64,000 bases of DNA from an uncultured delta proteobacterium (lineage in GTDB: Bacteria > Desulfobacterota > Syntrophorhabdia > Syntrophorhabdales > WCHB1-27). Positions 59,794 to 64,000 of this stretch are shown piece after piece (the stretch's first letter is position 1; each line of letters starts with the position of its first letter). The stretch spans positions 128,001 through 192,000 of the forward strand of contig CAWEPK010000016.1 of the NCBI GenBank assembly GCA_963810935.1. The letters run 5' to 3'. Below the pieces are notes generated by a model. It was not told the DNA's origin. It was given only the letters and a program-made list of their open reading frames with translations, and searched no databases. Position numbers and translations under genes: made by a program.

Positions 59794-61533
59794 TTATGGC
59801 AGCAAGAGCGGAACGAGGCGCTTGTTCTTTATGTCGGCAAGACCTTTGTCCGTGATCCTGAGGAACGGCAGTCCTGTGAACGGGATCGTCTGGAGCGCCA
59901 GAAACGGCTTCTCCATCGTGACCCCTATAGCGGCCATCGCTCCGTCAAGCTCCATTGTCCTGCGGGCTATCTCTTCCATCGGTGCTTCGGAAAGAAGGCT
60001 GTAGACGGGCATTGCCAGCTCATAGACGATGCGGCCCTCCTTCGAGACGACGATGCCGCCCTGTAGGTCGATCAGGCGGTTGACGGCATTTGCCATGTCC
60101 GCCTCGTCGCTACCCACCGCCAGTATGTTGCACGTATCCCAGACGAAGGTGGTGGCGAAGGCGCCGCTGCATACGCCCGTGCCCGTTATGAATCCCTTTC
60201 CCATCCGTTTTCCGCTGCCCCTCGATATGACGGCTGCCGGCACGATATCCTTCGCCAGGTCTTTCTGAAGGAAACCGCCTTCGCTCCGGAGTACCGCTTC
60301 GGTCTCGCGAGTGATGGTTGCGTTGACGAGGTGGATCACGCGCACGCGCTTCGCGCCCGGTTCTGCGGATATGCGGAAATCATCTGAAGTCACCTTATCC
60401 GTCTTCACCGTGTGCTTCATCGCCTCCGGGTAACGATAGGCAGGTGGGCGCCCCTTGAAATCGCGGTCGATCACGATCATCTCCCCATTGCACATGACAT
60501 GGCGCACGGAGACTTCGGCCAGGCCGTCTAGGAAAAGTATGTCCGCTTTGCGCATCGGGGCGATGGCCCCGAGGTGGCGCAGGCGGTAATAGTCGGCCGG
60601 GTTGATGGTCGCCATTTTGATGGCGTCTATCGGGTTGAACCCGTATTCGATCGCCGTCCTCACAACTACGTCCATGTAGCCCTGCCCGACGAGCATCGTC
60701 GCGTCGAACGTGTCGGACACGAGGATGAGCCTCCTCGTGTCCACGTTCATGTCCTTGAGCGCCGACAGGGCCGGCAGCTCCTTCCGTACGAAGCCTTCCC
60801 TTATCATGACGTAGATGCCGTACTTCAGCCTCTCTGCCGCCTCGTCCGCGGTGATCGATTCATGGTCGGAAGTTATACCGGTTACAATGTACTGGACGAG
60901 CTTCGGCCCTTTGGCCCCCGCACCGTGGCCTTCGAGTGTCTTTCCCATTGAGAGCGCCATGCTTGCCTGCTCCAGCACGCGGTCGTCCCCTTCGACGATC
61001 CTGGTCCAGTAGGCTTCACCTATGCCGAGGACGTCGTCCCGCCGCAGCACCTTTTCGAACTCTTCGAGGCTTAAGCCTACGGCGGTCTCCATCTCCGGGA
61101 AGGGCGGGGTCAGGGGCGGGGCGAGGAAGTAGCAGCGCAATGGGTGGCCCTTCGTGCTGTCGTAAAAGGATTCGAGTGCCTCCATCCCGGAGGACGTCCC
61201 TACCATGCCGCTTTCGGAGACGCAGCAGGTCGTTCCGCCTTTCAGGGCAAAAGGGACCAGCTCGCAGAACGTGTATATGTTGTCGAGGTGAGTGTGCGCG
61301 TCGATAAAGCCGGGGCAAAGGTAGCGGCCCCCGGCGTCGATTATTTCCGTCGAAGCTTCCGTGCGCATCTCTTCGCCGACTCCCACGATGAAGCCGTCTT
61401 TGATCGATACGACGGCGCCCTCGTCTACGCTATTCGTGAAGACGTTGATTATCTTCCCGTTCCCGATTACCTTATCCGCAGGTATCTCGCCCTTTGCACA
61501 GAGCAGAAGATTCTTGAGCGTCGTCTTATCCAT
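59794..61533 (-). CDS. ade: Adenine deaminase
   Basis: PGFIDAHTH, EGHG, SDHE, MIREG, ATINPA, GAIAP, P.LRITDKGL. Confidence 0.9.
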   Translation of the reverse strand: MDKTTLKNLLLCAKGEIPADKVIGNGKIINVFTNSVDEGAVVSIKDGFIVGVGEEMRTEASTEIIDAGGRYLCPGFIDAHTHLDNIYTFCELVPFALKGGTTCCVSESGMVGTSSGMEALESFYDSTKGHPLRCYFLAPPLTPPFPEMETAVGLSLEEFEKVLRRDDVLGIGEAYWTRIVEGDDRVLEQASMALSMGKTLEGHGAGAKGPKLVQYIVTGITSDHESITADEAAERLKYGIYVMIREGFVRKELPALSALKDMNVDTRRLILVSDTFDATMLVGQGYMDVVVRTAIEYGFNPIDAIKMATINPADYYRLRHLGAIAPMRKADILFLDGLAEVSVRHVMCNGEMIVIDRDFKGRPPAYRYPEAMKHTVKTDKVTSDDFRISAEPGAKRVRVIHLVNATITRETEAVLRSEGGFLQKDLAKDIVPAAVISRGSGKRMGKGFITGTGVCSGAFATTFVWDTCNILAVGSDEADMANAVNRLIDLQGGIVVSKEGRIVYELAMPVYSLLSEAPMEEIARRTMELDGAMAAIGVTMEKPFLALQTIPFTGLPFLRITDKGLADIKNKRLVPLLLP

Positions 61534-62057
61534 CCTGTCCCCCAGAGATTTTGATTTGCTTACGGAAGCAGAGCGGGCAGACATGCCTGACGGCGTCCGT
61601 CCGGCGCTCTATCAACCGAAAGTATGCCATAAGCGAACTCTTTGTGACAAGCAAGAAGCCGATGGCCGTCCCGCGCACACGGCAACGGTCGTTTTTCGCT
61701 TTTCGAGACCGCGCCGTAAGGCAGCCGGCCGAGGGAAATTATGGAATGCCGCCTTGCTTCCGTGGTATACTGGTACGCCAATGAGCGCAGTGCTGCGGCA
61801 ATGCCGCCGTGATGAACATTCCCACTTCGAGACCCTGTCCGGGCAGGATCCCCGATTTTCAACATGTTATGCGGGTGAACGCCCTCGCCGGGCCGGAAAC
61901 GGCTTTGCCGTGCCTCATGGGCATGGACATGCGTTTTCAGCAGGAAATAGTCGCCGAAAGTGTATAATTCTCTTGTTTTGAGTATTATATTGTAGTATAT
62001 GCATTAAAGAGCGCTGTGAACGAGTACGGCGAAGAAAGGAATGCCAATTGAAAGGAG

Positions 62058-62297
62058 GTGAACAGAATGAAGAAACTGTTAGTGCTGTTTATAGCTATTT
62101 CGTTTTTCTCATGCTTTACGTTGGTCGCCTGCGGACCTTCGGGCGAGCAGAAGGCGCCTGCGGCTAAAGAGGAGGCTAAGCCTGCTCCTGCGCCTGAAAA
62201 GGCAGCACCTGCTCCGGGTGAGCCGGCAAAGCCAGGTGAAGCGCCTGCCCCGGCACCTGCCCCGGCACCTGCACCGGCACCTGCACCGGCAAAATAG
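62058..62297 (+). CDS. Small Pro/Ala-rich lipoprotein
   Basis: AAAGGAGG RBS, lipobox LVAC, PA-repeat tail. Start may be 62067. Confidence 0.8.
   Translation: MNRMKKLLVLFIAISFFSCFTLVACGPSGEQKAPAAKEEAKPAPAPEKAAPAPGEPAKPGEAPAPAPAPAPAPAPAPAK
62244..62291 (+). repeat. 12-bp coding tandem repeat, 4 copies
   Basis: CCTGC(C/A)CCGGCA x4, encoding (PA)8. Confidence 0.9.
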
Positions 62298-62361
62298 TTC
62301 GGCTTTTATTTAAGGGGGGTATGTCCGTGTGTACGGATATACCCCTGATTTAAGAAGGAGG

Positions 62362-62905
62362 ATGAGCATGAAAATCAAATCTTTTGGTCTTGTGCTCTTG
62401 ATTGCTATGCTGGGGTTAAGCCTCGCGGCATGCGGATGCTTCCAACAGAAGATGAGAGGTGAAGCAGCACCGCCCGCAGCACCGGAGCAAAAGACAGTTG
62501 TAGCGCCTGAGCAGAAAGAACAGGTCGTAGTGAATAAAGAGGGCGCCGGCGCCGCAGTCGCAGCCCCCATGGTTGCCGGGCTTGCCGATGTATACTTCGA
62601 TTTCGACAAGTACAACATCCGGCCGGGCGACGCCGACATACTGAAGAAGGACTATGGCATGCTGGCGTCTAACAGCCGGCAAGGTGAGGATCGAAGGCAA
62701 TTGCGACGAGAGAGGAACCGTCGAGTATAACCTGGCCCTCGGGCAGAAAAGGGCCGACGCGGCGAAAGCCTACCTCGTAAACCTGGGCGTCGACGGGAAA
62801 CGTCTGGAGACGGTCAGCTACGGAAAAGAGAAACCGGTAGACCCGGGTCACAATGAAGAGGCGTGGGCGAAGAACAGAAGAGACCACTTCACCTCGCTTC
62901 AGTAA
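62362..62905 (+). CDS. pal: Peptidoglycan-associated lipoprotein (OmpA-like domain), apparent frameshift near 62673
   Basis: Lipoprotein signal, VYFDFDK, then in the shifted frame [32 protein letters not shown]. Confidence 0.9.
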
Positions 62906-62945
62906 TTAGCGCATAGTAAGAAACGAACGACCGAGACGAAAGCGC

Positions 62946-62972
62946 GGAGGGTAACCCCCTTACCCTCCTTTT
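62946..62972 (+). terminator. Intrinsic terminator after pal
   Basis: GGAGGGTAA-CCCCC-TTACCCTCC-TTTT. Confidence 0.75.
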
Positions 62973-63102
62973 GCTTTTTCAGCCCCGGAGACAGGCACTC
63001 ATTAGCACACACGCAAAAGGCGGCCGGGCGAGAGAAAGGTGCGGCCGGTCGCCCGGCACCACGTTTCAAACGCAGCCACGACAGCCGCGCAAATGAAGCC
63101 CC

Positions 63103-64000
63103 ATGATCGATAAATCCGTTTCGGAAGTCGAAGCCCTTGCCCGTCTGATAAAACTGGACAATGATTCGAAAGAAGAAATAAATGCGGTAAAGTCTGTTTA
63201 TCCCTTCAGGGTGCCCCTGTTTTACGCGGGCCTGATGGAAAAGGGGAACCCTGACTGCCCTATACGGCTGCAGGCGGTGCCTTCAGCCCTGGAGCTGCGA
63301 AAAACAGGCAGTGCCGACCCGCTCGGAGAGCGGCAGATCGCCGCCACACCCTCCTTTTTCAAGCGCTACCCGGGCCGCGGTGTCTTCCTCGTTACATCGG
63401 AATGCGCCATGTTCTGCCGTTTTTGCAACCGGAAGCGGCTCGTGGGAAAGGGGTTCAGGCCGGAGGACTCCAGGGAAGAGACGCTCGATTACCTCGCGAA
63501 GTCCGACGAGATAAGAGAAGTAATCCTTTCGGGCGGGGACCCCCTCATGTGCGGGGCCGCCGAGCTGGAATACGTGCTGGGGCGGCTGCGAGGTATCGGC
63601 CGGATACGGGTGATAAGGGTGAGCACGAGGGCGCCCGTCGTCTTTCCGGAGGTCGTTGACGGCCACTTTAATGCCTTCAAGCGGTACGGCCCCATCTGGC
63701 TCATCGTCCATATCAACCATCCGAGGGAGGTCACGCCGGAATTCACCCGCGCGGTAAAGAAGGCGCAGGAGGCGGGCGCAATCGTAATAAGCCAGACCGT
63801 TCTCCTCCGTAAGGTCAATGACTGCGTCCATATCCTTGCGCGCCTCTTCGAGACGCTGGTGCAACTGGGCGTACGGCCGTACTACCTGTTTCAGCTCGAC
63901 GACGTCCTCGGGGCGACCCATTTCAAGGTGCGCCTCGATACGGGCACAGGGATCATGCGCTCCCTGAGAAAGTCCGTCTCCGGCCTCGCCCTTCCCTGTT
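63103..64000 (+). CDS. KamA-family radical SAM protein (lysine 2,3-aminomutase/EpmB-like), 3'-partial
   Basis: Not in the ORF track because it has no stop in the window: DCPIRLQAVP, DPLGE, KRYP, CAMFCRFC, SGGDP, HINHPRE, QTVLL, PYYLFQ. Confidence 0.9.
   Translation, partial: MIDKSVSEVEALARLIKLDNDSKEEINAVKSVYPFRVPLFYAGLMEKGNPDCPIRLQAVPSALELRKTGSADPLGERQIAATPSFFKRYPGRGVFLVTSECAMFCRFCNRKRLVGKGFRPEDSREETLDYLAKSDEIREVILSGGDPLMCGAAELEYVLGRLRGIGRIRVIRVSTRAPVVFPEVVDGHFNAFKRYGPIWLIVHINHPREVTPEFTRAVKKAQEAGAIVISQTVLLRKVNDCVHILARLFETLVQLGVRPYYLFQLDDVLGATHFKVRLDTGTGIMRSLRKSVSGLALPC

Overview
GC-rich bacterial chromosomal segment from a strict anaerobe. Gene content suggests Desulfobacterota, possibly Syntrophorhabdus-like; this is an inference. 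The first 23 kb is an energy-metabolism block. (i) The end of a Wood-Ljungdahl acs cluster (acsC, acsE) runs into hdrC-hdrB-small wHTH gene-hdrL (giant HdrA with an inserted GltD/NfnB-like module)-mvhD-metV-metF, a candidate electron-bifurcating methylene-THF reductase. (ii) A divergent sigma-54 activator and a -24/-12 promoter precede a second unit: small hypothetical, acyl-CoA-synthetase-like/GNAT fusion, hdrCBA, mvhDGA (group 3c [NiFe] hydrogenase). This unit converges on a CoA-transferase/GNAT fusion. Two selenoprotein genes missed by the ORF track are present: mvhD (UGA 7717-7719) and hdrA (UGA 16827-16829). Each UGA sits at a conserved Cys position and is followed by a SECIS-like hairpin. 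The rest of the window holds a degenerate cyclase-TPR protein, a CheB/CheR/PAS fusion, a GT4-GmhA fusion, a cysK-rrf2-metY-metX-metW operon next to integrase and transsulfuration-gene remnants at tRNA-Arg(CCT), exopolysaccharide genes, housekeeping genes, a decayed AT-richer mobile-element islet (51.3-54.2 kb), a RACo-type corrinoid activator, a degenerate HddA-like kinase, two paralogous small HTH genes with REP-like inverted and tandem repeats, ade, pal and a partial KamA-family gene. Several single-base frameshifts in otherwise intact genes are most simply explained as sequencing or assembly indels.
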